Assembly (NCBI GenBank): GCA_964411375.1
Contig: CAYPKR010000002.1
Coordinates: 894-64,893 of the forward strand
DNA: 64,000 nt
Direction: 5' to 3'
Source of the DNA: an uncultured Candidatus Saccharibacteria bacterium
Lineage (GTDB): Bacteria > Patescibacteriota > Minisyncoccia > Phycocordibacterales > UBA12088
The translations under genes were made by a program, and so were the position numbers. The notes beneath the pieces are model-generated. The model was not told the origin of the DNA. It was given only the letters and a program-made list of their open reading frames with translations, and ran no database searches. How positions within the stretch are numbered: position 1 is the first letter of the stretch; each line of letters starts with the position of its first letter. Below, in pieces: positions 9,161-17,877 of the stretch.

Positions 9161-10056
9161 TATATGCAAACAAACTTCTCCATCGCAGTAAAGACGTGTT
9201 GTGCCTTTGCTTTGACTGATACCTCATCGTCATAAATCATCAACATTTCAAGCGAGCGATGACGGCTAAACTTTCTCACATCTCGTGCGTCCATAGTTTT
9301 GAGTAGTTCAGTAACAAAGAAATGACGGAAGCCGTGTACGGTCTTTTCAATACCCAGTTCAGTAAAGAGTTCTCCTATCTCACGCTTTATGGTCATCGTA
9401 CTCAATCGCTCTGTCTTCCGATTTCCCATACTGCGGAATAGTGTCCCGTCAGTGAGATTGTGTACTTTCAGATAGCTTGTAAGTGCCTTGACGGTAGCAG
9501 GTGTGAGGTAGATAGGTTCTTTGTCGTCTTCGCCTTTACCGTGTATGTACGCGACCCCTTTGTGAAGTACCAAATCATCAACATCAAGACGGACTATTTC
9601 TATCTGCCGTAACCCTTGATACGCCAATAATGAAAACATCGCCCGTAGGCGACTATTTCTCGGCGTGTTTGGGAGTGATTGTATCTTCACTCCCAGTAGT
9701 TTTATTTCTTTATCTGAAAGTCCTTCACGTCTATGTCTTTTGCTTTGTCTAAACTGTTTTACATTATTCGTAACATCAAAAGGTAGTTTGCCTCTGCGTG
9801 TAAGTTCCCGAAGAAAGACACGAGAGGTAGTAAGATATTTATTTTTAGTAGCGACTGAATAATCAGTGCGTGATTGTAAGTATCGTTTGAAAGAGAGATA
9901 GCTTTTCTCATTGAAACCGCGAGCGTGGACATATGAAAGGAATAGACCGATACGAGCGGAGTATTCTTTGCGTGTCGTCTCTGACACATCAAGTCCATCA
10001 AAAATGTTCTCGTGTAGAGACGGCTCACTTATTACGCTTGGCAGTTTTCTTTTCAT
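9160..10056 (-). CDS. Tyrosine recombinase (Xer/integrase family)
   Basis: Catalytic R (GLRQIE), K (GKG), HGFRH, H (SRHRS), Y (MIYDD); N-terminal SAM-like domain. Confidence 0.92.
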   Translation of the reverse strand: MKRKLPSVISEPSLHENIFDGLDVSETTRKEYSARIGLFLSYVHARGFNEKSYLSFKRYLQSRTDYSVATKNKYLTTSRVFLRELTRRGKLPFDVTNNVKQFRQSKRHRREGLSDKEIKLLGVKIQSLPNTPRNSRLRAMFSLLAYQGLRQIEIVRLDVDDLVLHKGVAYIHGKGEDDKEPIYLTPATVKALTSYLKVHNLTDGTLFRSMGNRKTERLSTMTIKREIGELFTELGIEKTVHGFRHFFVTELLKTMDARDVRKFSRHRSLEMLMIYDDEVSVKAKAQHVFTAMEKFVCI

Positions 10057-10450
10057 ACACAATGTGTTCAACCGTTAGTTTTCGTTCCTCAAAAGAGGGA
10101 GTGAGCGTGGTGTATCGGTGGCAATCGTGATAATCACCCTCACTACACATCACTGCAACCCTCGTCCCTTTCTTTGCCAGTCCGACCAGCTCATCTATGG
10201 CTTCCTCGTAACCCACGTTTACGCCTCTACCGCCCAAGTTCTTACCCCGATAGAGGTATTTTATGTGGGCTTTAGCAAGCGTGTCCTGAAGGGCTTTTTG
10301 AGAGAAATGCGGGCAAAATCTGGATAGGGGTATTGTCCGAACGTCTGCCAAAACCTCAATCTTGGATTTTTTGAGAATACCAAGAAAGTCAGTGATTGGA
10401 CGATTTGAATGACCACACGAATAAACTACAAATGATTTTTTTGTTGTCAT
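10025..10450 (-). CDS. DUF488 family protein
   Basis: GHSNR, LADVRTIPLSR, LGG, MCSEGDYHDCHR. Confidence 0.9.
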   Translation of the reverse strand: MTTKKSFVVYSCGHSNRPITDFLGILKKSKIEVLADVRTIPLSRFCPHFSQKALQDTLAKAHIKYLYRGKNLGGRGVNVGYEEAIDELVGLAKKGTRVAVMCSEGDYHDCHRYTTLTPSFEERKLTVEHIVYEKKTAKRNK

Positions 10451-10525
10451 AGGATTATATGTTGAACCTAACAAGCACCACCTCAAATGCAAGTGAGGCG
10501 TTGCACAAGTGCTACGTTCGTAAAC

Positions 10526-10990
10526 TTATTTGTAGTCGTATACGGTCATCGTGAAGTTACCCATAGTGTTTGCGTCTATGTAGTATTCACCTGAACCGTA
10601 AATAACTGTTTCGTCTTTGACTGCCTTCGGGCTGTTCATCACGCCTTGAGGAAGTTGACTGCCGACCTTGAATACAAATGCTCCGCAATACGTTGCACTT
10701 GTGTCTCCACTACAATCGTATGCAATCTTGAAGCGACTACCAGTGATAGTGAACGGTTCTGATTTCTTTTGCCCGTTACCACTAAACTTCATAACCTCAA
10801 CGTACTGTTTACCTGCAACAGGTTCGCTTGGCTTGTTTGCAGTAGTTGTTTGCTCTGTCTTCGTTACTGTTTCTGTTTGAGTTGTTGGAGTACTATCCAA
10901 CATTGAACCGATAAGACCAACACCAAAGAAAATAGCGAGTGCAATGACCCACCATTTTTTGTAAAAAGGTTTCTTTACTTGCTGTTCCAT
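10526..10990 (-). CDS. Membrane-anchored hypothetical protein
   Basis: KKPFYKKWW plus TM, Thr-rich linker, beta-rich C-terminal domain. Confidence 0.75.
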   Translation of the reverse strand: MEQQVKKPFYKKWWVIALAIFFGVGLIGSMLDSTPTTQTETVTKTEQTTTANKPSEPVAGKQYVEVMKFSGNGQKKSEPFTITGSRFKIAYDCSGDTSATYCGAFVFKVGSQLPQGVMNSPKAVKDETVIYGSGEYYIDANTMGNFTMTVYDYK

Positions 10991-11047
10991 ATTTTTAGTA
11001 AATGGTTTCTAATCAACCACTTCCGACAAAGTGATTGTTTAGTAGCA

Positions 11048-11210
11048 AGATTTTGGCACACAAAAATCCTGCCACTAGGAAGGGTCTTGCGACCCTCTAC
11101 CAAAGTTTCCCTTGGCAACGCGATGAACGCCCTAATGACAGGGTTTTTATGTTCATCGCGTTTTAGCGACCATACCTTACAGAAAATCTATAAGGGTTAG
11201 GTCTCCAACC
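11048..11210 (-). ncRNA. Candidate structured 5' leader or cis-regulatory RNA
   Basis: Several stems; GCAA and GAAA tetraloops and G-U pairs favour the minus strand; 12-bp perfect stem 11117-11128/11151-11162. Confidence 0.55.
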
Positions 11211-11309
11211 TTTTGAGTTGTATTTGTATTTTATCAAAAAATGACCATTTATTCAATGGCATTTTTGGTCATTTCTCTACGGAGTAATGAACGTATGACG
11301 TTACTCTTT

Positions 11310-11975
11310 TTATTCTGTGGACAAAGTATCTTCGTATTTGTCTTTGATTACAGAAAGACCAATGTTGTGTATCGCGTGTGCGATTTGTGCTTTCAGCTCC
11401 TCATCAAGTGGAGTATCTTGTGTCTCATCTTCAGTACGGATTTTCTCACTCCAACCCTCAAAGAGTTGAGCAAAGAGTTTTACCGCTCGTGGGTCTCCAG
11501 TTTGCTTTGCGTGTTGAACAAGTGCATAGAAGACATCGGGTGCGTGCGAACGGAAATAGTTGTTAGTGTAAACACCAACTTCGTCCCAGAAACCAGCCCT
11601 TCGTTTCCAGTTAGCGAAGGTATCTTTGTGTATGCCGATTTTCTCTGAAAGTTTCTCTTGAGTTTCTGGCTTCCTCAACTGGCGAGGAAGTGCATACCAG
11701 CGAATAAATACGAGCATTTTGTCGGGTTGCTCAAGTCCAGTATCGTCCAAATGCCTAAACAAAGATTTCGCCTTTTTATCGGCTATATCGGTCTTCTTTG
11801 GAGGTGGTATTGGTTTATCCTCAACTTTGGGTTTAGCGACTGTCGGAGAGGCAAATACAGGGGGTTTAGCCACTGTTTGAGAGGGCTTTTTGACCTGCGT
11901 TTCCTCTAGCTTCTTCTTCCGAAGAATGTCGTTGATGTTTGCACCTGTCCGTTTTTGTATGTTTTCTGTTGCCAT
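11310..11975 (-). CDS. HTH protein resembling a phage terminase small subunit (phBC6A51-like)
   Basis: TQEKLSEKIGIHKDTFANWKRRAGFWDEV and GDPRAVKLFAQL motifs. Confidence 0.6.
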   Translation of the reverse strand: MATENIQKRTGANINDILRKKKLEETQVKKPSQTVAKPPVFASPTVAKPKVEDKPIPPPKKTDIADKKAKSLFRHLDDTGLEQPDKMLVFIRWYALPRQLRKPETQEKLSEKIGIHKDTFANWKRRAGFWDEVGVYTNNYFRSHAPDVFYALVQHAKQTGDPRAVKLFAQLFEGWSEKIRTEDETQDTPLDEELKAQIAHAIHNIGLSVIKDKYEDTLSTE

Positions 11976-11991
11976 AGTTTTATTGGTATAC

Positions 11992-12087
11992 TTATGCAGT
12001 AGCGTATGCCTTCATTTCAGCTTGAAACTCCGACCAGAGCTTCAGTTCTGCTACTAAAGAGTTCCAACTAAACCCAGCGTAGTCCAC
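11992..12087 (-). pseudogene. Orphan 31-aa C-terminal fragment, probably the 3' end of an integrase split at att
   Basis: VDYAGFSWNSLVAELKLWSEFQAEMKAYATA* begins in the att-like sequence and stops 16 nt before the 11975 ATG. Confidence 0.5.
12070..12087 (+). other. Putative attR: duplicated tRNA 3' end (partial T loop, T stem, acceptor strand)
   Basis: AAAC-CCAGC-GTAGTCC-A fits tRNA positions 57-73 and lies at the compositional boundary. Confidence 0.55.
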
Positions 12088-12210
12088 AAACGACACAAAC
12101 ATCCCGCCTGCGCGGGATTTTGTGCGTTTGTGGAAGCCGGAGCCATGTCGCGTTAGCGACGGCGAGTCGGGGTCGCGAAAAAATTTCCGTCAGGAAATTT
12201 ATTTGTGACC
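12084..12210. repeat. Three-hairpin REP-like element
   Basis: ccacaaacg..atcccgc/gcgggat..cgtttgtgg; gtcgc-gtta-gcgac; ggtcgcgaa-aaatttcc-gtca-ggaaattt-tttgtgacc. Confidence 0.6.
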
Positions 12211-12251
12211 ACCCTAATTATCCGTGACCGAATCTCTGCTATACTCTCTAC

Positions 12252-12521
12252 ATGCACGAAGGTCCCCCAGAACTCCCACCCACTCCCGAAGAGGAAATAA
12301 ACATCTTTGAAATAGTTGAACCCGAATCGGCGCTTGAAGCACTTGTTGCTGAAAGGGAGCTCACCGAAGCCGAACTAGAGCATCTTGCTATGGTAATGGA
12401 GCAAGAAGAGTACGTTGTTGAGGATTTTTTCACATGCATTGAGGAATCTGGGGTAGAGCCAAACGCGAACGAACGTTGGCTTATGAATCGGCTCGAGCGA
12501 CCTACACCAGAAACAGAATAA
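12252..12521 (+). CDS. Small acidic hypothetical protein
   Basis: 89-aa Glu-rich ORF preceded by TGCTATACT extended -10. Confidence 0.6.
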   Translation: MHEGPPELPPTPEEEINIFEIVEPESALEALVAERELTEAELEHLAMVMEQEEYVVEDFFTCIEESGVEPNANERWLMNRLERPTPETE

Positions 12522-12759
12522 CCCAATCGCCTAAAATTTTTCGAACTCTCCAACCCCGAAAAATCGTGAACCGTTAATTTGGAAAAGAGCAAGGAATTTC
12601 TTGCTCTTTTTTCTTCATTTTCAAAATGAATTGACCATATTTTTTCTATATCGTCTGAACAAAATATTACGTAATTGCCATCGAATCCTTATCGTCTCCG
12701 ATCACGCTGTCTTCCTAAAATGTATATGAAGACATCATATTATAAGTTAAGAATTACCT

Positions 12760-13737
12760 ATGAGTTCACTTAGCAAATACAGTCCCTTATCACAAAAACG
12801 CACGATTACATTCACGTTGTTCCTTATGGCGGCCGCACTTACTACATCAGTTGCGGCCTTTTTTATTGGAGGAGGGAGTCTAACGCCGAAAGCAGAAGCA
12901 GCTGGTCCTGCTCCGCTCCCACCTGGCCCCGTTCTTCCAGTTGGTGGCAAGCTTTGTATGAACTATGGTCATGCAACAACTGGACGAACTGACATGAATC
13001 AAGCAAGTATTGACTTCACGAGGCTTTCAAATGTCGGAATCAAATGCCTTCGTCTTGCATACAAAGGATTGATGAATACCGATACTCAGGCAGTGGCGCT
13101 TCTTGCAAAGTCAAAAGGTATGTCCGTCATCATGGGTGGTGATTCGGAAGAAATATATCGATCCGATTTTGCCAAATATGATCGAGAAATGATCAGCGGA
13201 GCAAAGTGGGCACAGGCAAATGGCATTCCGCAAATTTCGATCGGTAATGAGCAGGAATACGAATTAGGAGACGTTTCCCAAGATGAATGGGTTGAGCACC
13301 TAAAATCGCTTGCAGCGCAGGTACACACGGTATATTCCGGCAAAGTAAGTTACGAGACCTCGTCCGATTTTCTTCCACTCTGGAAACGACATGGGCTTGG
13401 CTCGATCGATCTCATCGGACTTAATAATTATTGCGGGTATGGCTGTAACGGAAGCAGGATCGCTGATGCGGTCAAAGTATTTGGCTACGGACACGTCTAT
13501 GTGAGTGAAACAAATGCGGACATGGAAACGGGACTCTACGATTCTGATCTCGCACATGCGGCAAGAGTAAACGGGGACCTAATGGCACTTCTGAAGATTT
13601 ATCCAGTTCCGATGTATTACTTCACCTACAGCACGTCTCCATCTGGCGGAATGGTCGACAATCACTGGGGACTCTTTAACGGTAATACACTACGACAGCC
13701 ACTCACCGCTGCAGTTCTTGGCATCCGCCAAAAATAA
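12760..13737 (+). CDS. Exported clan GH-A glycoside hydrolase-like protein (GH17/GH5-like TIM barrel)
   Basis: N-terminal TM, ISIGNEQE acid/base motif, VSET nucleophile region, HWGLF. Confidence 0.7.
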   Translation: MSSLSKYSPLSQKRTITFTLFLMAAALTTSVAAFFIGGGSLTPKAEAAGPAPLPPGPVLPVGGKLCMNYGHATTGRTDMNQASIDFTRLSNVGIKCLRLAYKGLMNTDTQAVALLAKSKGMSVIMGGDSEEIYRSDFAKYDREMISGAKWAQANGIPQISIGNEQEYELGDVSQDEWVEHLKSLAAQVHTVYSGKVSYETSSDFLPLWKRHGLGSIDLIGLNNYCGYGCNGSRIADAVKVFGYGHVYVSETNADMETGLYDSDLAHAARVNGDLMALLKIYPVPMYYFTYSTSPSGGMVDNHWGLFNGNTLRQPLTAAVLGIRQK

Positions 13738-13749
13738 TCGATTACATGA

Positions 13750-13785
13750 CACAAAAATACCTGCGAGTACGCAGGTATTTTTGTG
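13750..13785. terminator. Bidirectional terminator
   Basis: cacaaaaatacctgcg-agta-cgcaggtatttttgtg perfect inverted repeat. Confidence 0.7.
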
Positions 13786-13836
13786 CAAATCGACATTTTC
13801 CGATCACTAGTCGTTTGGTACACTAAGATTCTACCT

Positions 13837-14763
13837 ATGAGCATTCACAATCATCGATCTTCATCTTTTGCGCGAAGATCAATCTACAGCGCAATTATTA
13901 CGAGTATTGTTATATCAGCTCCGATTTTCGCACTTGCAGAGGATGCAAGCACTACCGCGTCAACATCGCCAAATCCGTATCTTTCCTCTGCAGCAGTTGA
14001 AGCGCGTGTGCGCGAATACTTTGCCGACTCTGCAGTCATGCAGAATATTGCAAAATGCGAATCGGGTTTCAGGCAGTTTAATTCTGACGGGACACCACTC
14101 GATGGTGGGTCAGGCGGAATGATTGGTGTATTCCAAATCGGAAAAGCAGTGCACGAAGAATACGCAAAATCAATCGGTCTCGACATCAATACACTTGAAG
14201 GGAACATCGGCTACGCACGCTATCTCTACGCAAAAGACGGAACCGATCCATGGCTTTCTTCGTTTGATTGTTGGAAAACCAAAACAACGGTCGAGGCAAC
14301 ATCGCTTCCAAGCACCAATACATCAAGTGCCGATTTAGTATTCGCGTCTGATTTGAGTCTCGGAACAGTGAGTCAGGAAGTGCAATCACTTCAGATTATT
14401 TTGAATCATGCAGGATTTACGGTTGCGGAGTCGGGGCCTGGATCTCCTGGACAAGAAACGACCAAATATGGACTTCTTACAAGGGACGCGGTGCGCAAGT
14501 TCCAATGTGCACAAAAGATCGTCTGTGATGGAGAGGAATATACAACTGGCTATGGATATGTAGGTAAGCGTACGAGAACCGCACTCCTCAATTTTGCTGG
14601 CGGAGGAATCACGAGTATCCCTACTCCACCATCAAACACTCCACCAACACCTCCGACCAATAGCGATTCTCCCGATGTCGTAAAACTCAAGACACAGATC
14701 AGCGACCTCGAAAAACAACTTTCTGATCTCAAGGCACAGCTCAAGGCAAAAACGGGACAGTAA
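13837..14763 (+). CDS. Exported lytic transglycosylase-like protein with peptidoglycan-binding domain
   Basis: IAKCESG, GVFQI, NIGYARYLY; LSLG..VQSLQIILN..YGLLTRDAVRKFQ..GYVGKRTR. Confidence 0.8.
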   Translation: MSIHNHRSSSFARRSIYSAIITSIVISAPIFALAEDASTTASTSPNPYLSSAAVEARVREYFADSAVMQNIAKCESGFRQFNSDGTPLDGGSGGMIGVFQIGKAVHEEYAKSIGLDINTLEGNIGYARYLYAKDGTDPWLSSFDCWKTKTTVEATSLPSTNTSSADLVFASDLSLGTVSQEVQSLQIILNHAGFTVAESGPGSPGQETTKYGLLTRDAVRKFQCAQKIVCDGEEYTTGYGYVGKRTRTALLNFAGGGITSIPTPPSNTPPTPPTNSDSPDVVKLKTQISDLEKQLSDLKAQLKAKTGQ

Positions 14764-14808
14764 CATAGGGTGCGTTCAGGACGTTTTAAAATATGAGATA
14801 CTATTCTC

Positions 14809-15918
14809 ATGCATAAGGTGAAGGACGAATCGATCATTACGCGCATCCGCTCGTATGTCGAAAAATATGAACGCCGTGCATCGGTAATCGCTCTTATTTT
14901 CGCGTTCTTTATCGACAGTGTAACGCTCGTTCGAATCGACTTTCTTCTTACCGAAGCGCTTCTTGTCCTCTATTTGCTGATTGCAGGAATCGGCATCTTT
15001 TTCCTGATTCGCTCCGAAGAAGGTGGACGTGGGCTTTTTTCTCCAGAAGGACGAGCGTGGCTTCTTATTGCCATCCAATTCGCATTCGGCGGTCTTTTTG
15101 GTCGCTATCTTATTTATTACTCCCGGTCCGGCGCGCTATTTTCAAGCTGGCCGTTTCTACTTCTTCTTTTTGTTCTTATTGTTGGTAATGAGCTCGCTAA
15201 AAAATTCTATCTCCGCGTCGTCTTTTATCTCGGGATGTTTTTTACCGCGCTGTATTTTTTCCTCATATTCTTCATTCCGGTTGTGATTGGAATAATGGGG
15301 ACGACCATATTCATAGTCTCTGGAGTAGTTGCACTTATCGGTATCGCAGTCGTCATTGATTTGATTGAACGTGTTGCGCCAGGGAAGATCAAGGAAAATG
15401 GATTCGGAATCACCGCTACTATTTTTTGTATTTATATTGCGACCAACCTGTTGTACTTCACCCACATCATTCCGCCACTTCCACTTGGACTTCGCGAAGT
15501 CGGCGTCTATCATTCAGTCGAGCGAACAAACACCGGCTATGAAGCAACAACTGAACTCGAAAGCAGGAATTTTCTCAAAGAATTACTTCATTTTAGAAAA
15601 ACAATTTCAATAACAGCAGGGGAGCCGGTATACGTGTATTCTGCGGTTTTTGCGCCGACCGATTTTGGTACCACGGTCGTCCATCATTGGTTCCAGTATT
15701 CAATTGAACGAAAAGAATGGATTGATGGTGGCAAGATTTCATTCCCAATTGTCGGTGGGGAAGATCGCGGGTATCGTGGGTATTCAATAAAAAACAACGC
15801 GGGTCCGGGTTTGTGGAAAGTAAATATTGAAACAGAAAACGGACTCATTATCGGCGTTATCTCATTCAACGTACAGCTAGTAACCGAAGGACCGATTCTG
15901 GTTCCGAAGGAATTGTAG
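14809..15918 (+). CDS. DUF2914-domain membrane protein
   Basis: Multiple TMs; C-terminal VYVYSAVFAP..HHW..GGEDRGYRGYSIK..GLWKVNIET. Confidence 0.8.
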   Translation: MHKVKDESIITRIRSYVEKYERRASVIALIFAFFIDSVTLVRIDFLLTEALLVLYLLIAGIGIFFLIRSEEGGRGLFSPEGRAWLLIAIQFAFGGLFGRYLIYYSRSGALFSSWPFLLLLFVLIVGNELAKKFYLRVVFYLGMFFTALYFFLIFFIPVVIGIMGTTIFIVSGVVALIGIAVVIDLIERVAPGKIKENGFGITATIFCIYIATNLLYFTHIIPPLPLGLREVGVYHSVERTNTGYEATTELESRNFLKELLHFRKTISITAGEPVYVYSAVFAPTDFGTTVVHHWFQYSIERKEWIDGGKISFPIVGGEDRGYRGYSIKNNAGPGLWKVNIETENGLIIGVISFNVQLVTEGPILVPKEL

Positions 15919-15921
15919 TTG

Positions 15922-15993
15922 TGCCCCCACCAGGAGTCGAACCTGGATCTCATCCTTCGGAGGGATGCACTCTATCCATTGAGCTATGGGGGC
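15922..15993 (-). tRNA. tRNA-Arg(CCG)
   Basis: Cloverleaf GCCCCCA/TGGGGGC, anticodon arm CATCC-CTCCGAA-GGATG, TTCGACT loop; CCA not encoded. Confidence 0.95.
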
Positions 15994-16137
15994 GGATATG
16001 AGGAGTCTAATATGGAAGCTTTAAAATTGCACTTTGGATACACAAGATTATTTCTCCAAAACAAAAGAGCTCCGCGCACAAGACGCGAAGCTCTAAGTAG
16101 TTGGCCTCAACCTAACGGAAAGGCCTAAAGAACGTTG

Positions 16138-17877
16138 TTATGCAGCCATAAGCGCCGGCTGTAGGCGAATACGAGTTGCATGTTGATGTCCGGAGACTGC
16201 CCAAAGAGATGGGCATACGTGCAGCACGGCACCATGCCGTTCTGCAAATGCGTGAACCCGACTTAAGGTCGGATGATCAGCGAGCAAGATCCCGCCAGCG
16301 AAGTGGATATGTAACGTGCCAGGAAGATCCACGACTTCAGCAAGCGCCTTCTCGGGAGAGTGATTGAACAGCCACGCTCCTTTGAAGTGTGCATGGACGC
16401 CGTCGTGCTCCGTCGTAAATTCAACGGAATGATTCTTCCAAAGTGCCCAAGCGTTTTCGAGGACGCCAGGGAGAGTTGTTTCGGGCATCAGTTTCCATGA
16501 GGCCCAAATGGCGAAGCCAGCCACAATGCCGACCTGAGCGAGCATTCCGAGGAGTATTCCCCAGAAGATGTCGCCAGAATACAAGCTGAAACTGAAAGCG
16601 GTGATGGCGACACCGAGCTGATCGAGACCGGCGTGATATAGCTTGCGCAGCCGGTCTGGATGCAAGAGTTTGGTGCAGAGGGTGTAGACGATAATCGCCG
16701 CGAGCGCCGAAGTCGGCACGTGGTTGATCACGTCGGTGAAGAAGATCACCCACAAAAACACAAAGAAGGTATTAATGATACCTGCCCAAGCGGTGCGGCC
16801 GCCGATGGTGATGCACTTCGTGCTTTTTGCGATCCCAATGACCGCAGGAAGTGCGCCGACAAAGCCGCACAGAATATTTGAGATACCTTGCGATACCAAT
16901 ACCCGATCAGGGTCAGAACGCCGCTTGTACCGGTCCTGGTTATCAAGACCGAGCATCGCTGCGATACCTTCCGAACCGTCAACCGCAAGACAGGTAAACA
17001 CCAGCTTGCCGTACGCAAACCACAAATCAGGTGTGATCAGAATCGCGTACGCCGCTCCCAAGAAGACCGAGGGAGAGATCAAGCCGTCAGTGAAATGCGG
17101 AGGCAGCTGGGTACGTTGCCATGGAGTGAAATCGAGGCTGTACCCAATCGCGATTGCAATCGGAAGCACCGAAATCTGTGGTGGAGAATGTTTTACCAGA
17201 TTCCACCAGAACCCCTTCTTCTCGCGCTTCTTCCCGTATGCGCTGAGTTGCGCAAAGCCGATGAGGGCCGCGAAGATGAAGACCGTCGTACATGCGACGT
17301 GCAGGTTTTCCGGAATTTGACCGAAGTGCGAAGGAGCTTCGAAGACGATGCCCCATGTATCACGGGCGGTAAATTTCACACCCATGAATGCGCCAAAACG
17401 GCTGATTGCCAAAATGACTGCGATAGCGCCGAGCGCTCCAGTAATGAGAGCTTCGGTGCACAGAGAAGCGAAGACCGTAGCCTTCTTCTTGTAGCCGATG
17501 TACCACATGAGAATTCCCACAAGAGGAAGTCCCACGGAAGCACGGGCGATACCAAGATCGACATCGCCATAGCCAAGATTCATCACGGCACTGGCCATCA
17601 GTGGAGCAAGACCTGCGCCACTGGCGCAAATACCGTAGTATGAGCCGCCAAGTATTCCCATCACGACGCCGCCAATAAGTGCGGTCACGATACCACCCAT
17701 CGGGTGATAGCTAGAAATGCTTGCAATACCAAGGGCGAATGCAATCGACATAAACGACAAGCTGATGCCTGCCGGAATGTCATGTCTCAAGAAACGAGGA
17801 TCAAGCCTCCCGTTCGGAACAAGATGTTCCGTATCCATCCTGAGGTATCCAAAAACACCCTGTAAGACGCCAAGCAT
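16138..17877 (-). CDS. SulP/SLC26 family anion transporter
   Basis: HDIPAGISLSFMSIAFALGIA, DPDRVLVSQGISNILCGFVGALP, GGRT, ALAAIIV; degenerate STAS; GC-richer than flanks. Confidence 0.85.
   Translation of the reverse strand: MLGVLQGVFGYLRMDTEHLVPNGRLDPRFLRHDIPAGISLSFMSIAFALGIASISSYHPMGGIVTALIGGVVMGILGGSYYGICASGAGLAPLMASAVMNLGYGDVDLGIARASVGLPLVGILMWYIGYKKKATVFASLCTEALITGALGAIAVILAISRFGAFMGVKFTARDTWGIVFEAPSHFGQIPENLHVACTTVFIFAALIGFAQLSAYGKKREKKGFWWNLVKHSPPQISVLPIAIAIGYSLDFTPWQRTQLPPHFTDGLISPSVFLGAAYAILITPDLWFAYGKLVFTCLAVDGSEGIAAMLGLDNQDRYKRRSDPDRVLVSQGISNILCGFVGALPAVIGIAKSTKCITIGGRTAWAGIINTFFVFLWVIFFTDVINHVPTSALAAIIVYTLCTKLLHPDRLRKLYHAGLDQLGVAITAFSFSLYSGDIFWGILLGMLAQVGIVAGFAIWASWKLMPETTLPGVLENAWALWKNHSVEFTTEHDGVHAHFKGAWLFNHSPEKALAEVVDLPGTLHIHFAGGILLADHPTLSRVHAFAERHGAVLHVCPSLWAVSGHQHATRIRLQPALMAA

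Larger units (their letters stand above)
1..12087. mobile_element. Right-hand part of an integrated element (genomic island or phage-like), left end outside the window
   Basis: Cargo of defence, recombinase and terminase-like genes. GATC/TCGA/CCGG/GGCC/CATG/TTAA/AATT are nearly absent up to ~12090 and frequent afterwards. A tRNA-3'-end-like sequence sits at the junction. Confidence 0.85.

Noticed and set aside
2009-10056. hsdS shufflon driven by the tyrosine recombinase
   Set aside because: No second hsdS fragment or flanking inverted repeats seen, and the recombinase is over 6 kb away
15919-16128. 69-aa ORF MCPHQESNLD...
   Set aside because: Antisense shadow of tRNA-Arg
16724-17643. Long + strand ORFs of 198 and 251 aa
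   Set aside because: Antisense frames of the GC-rich sulP gene, with no recognisable motifs
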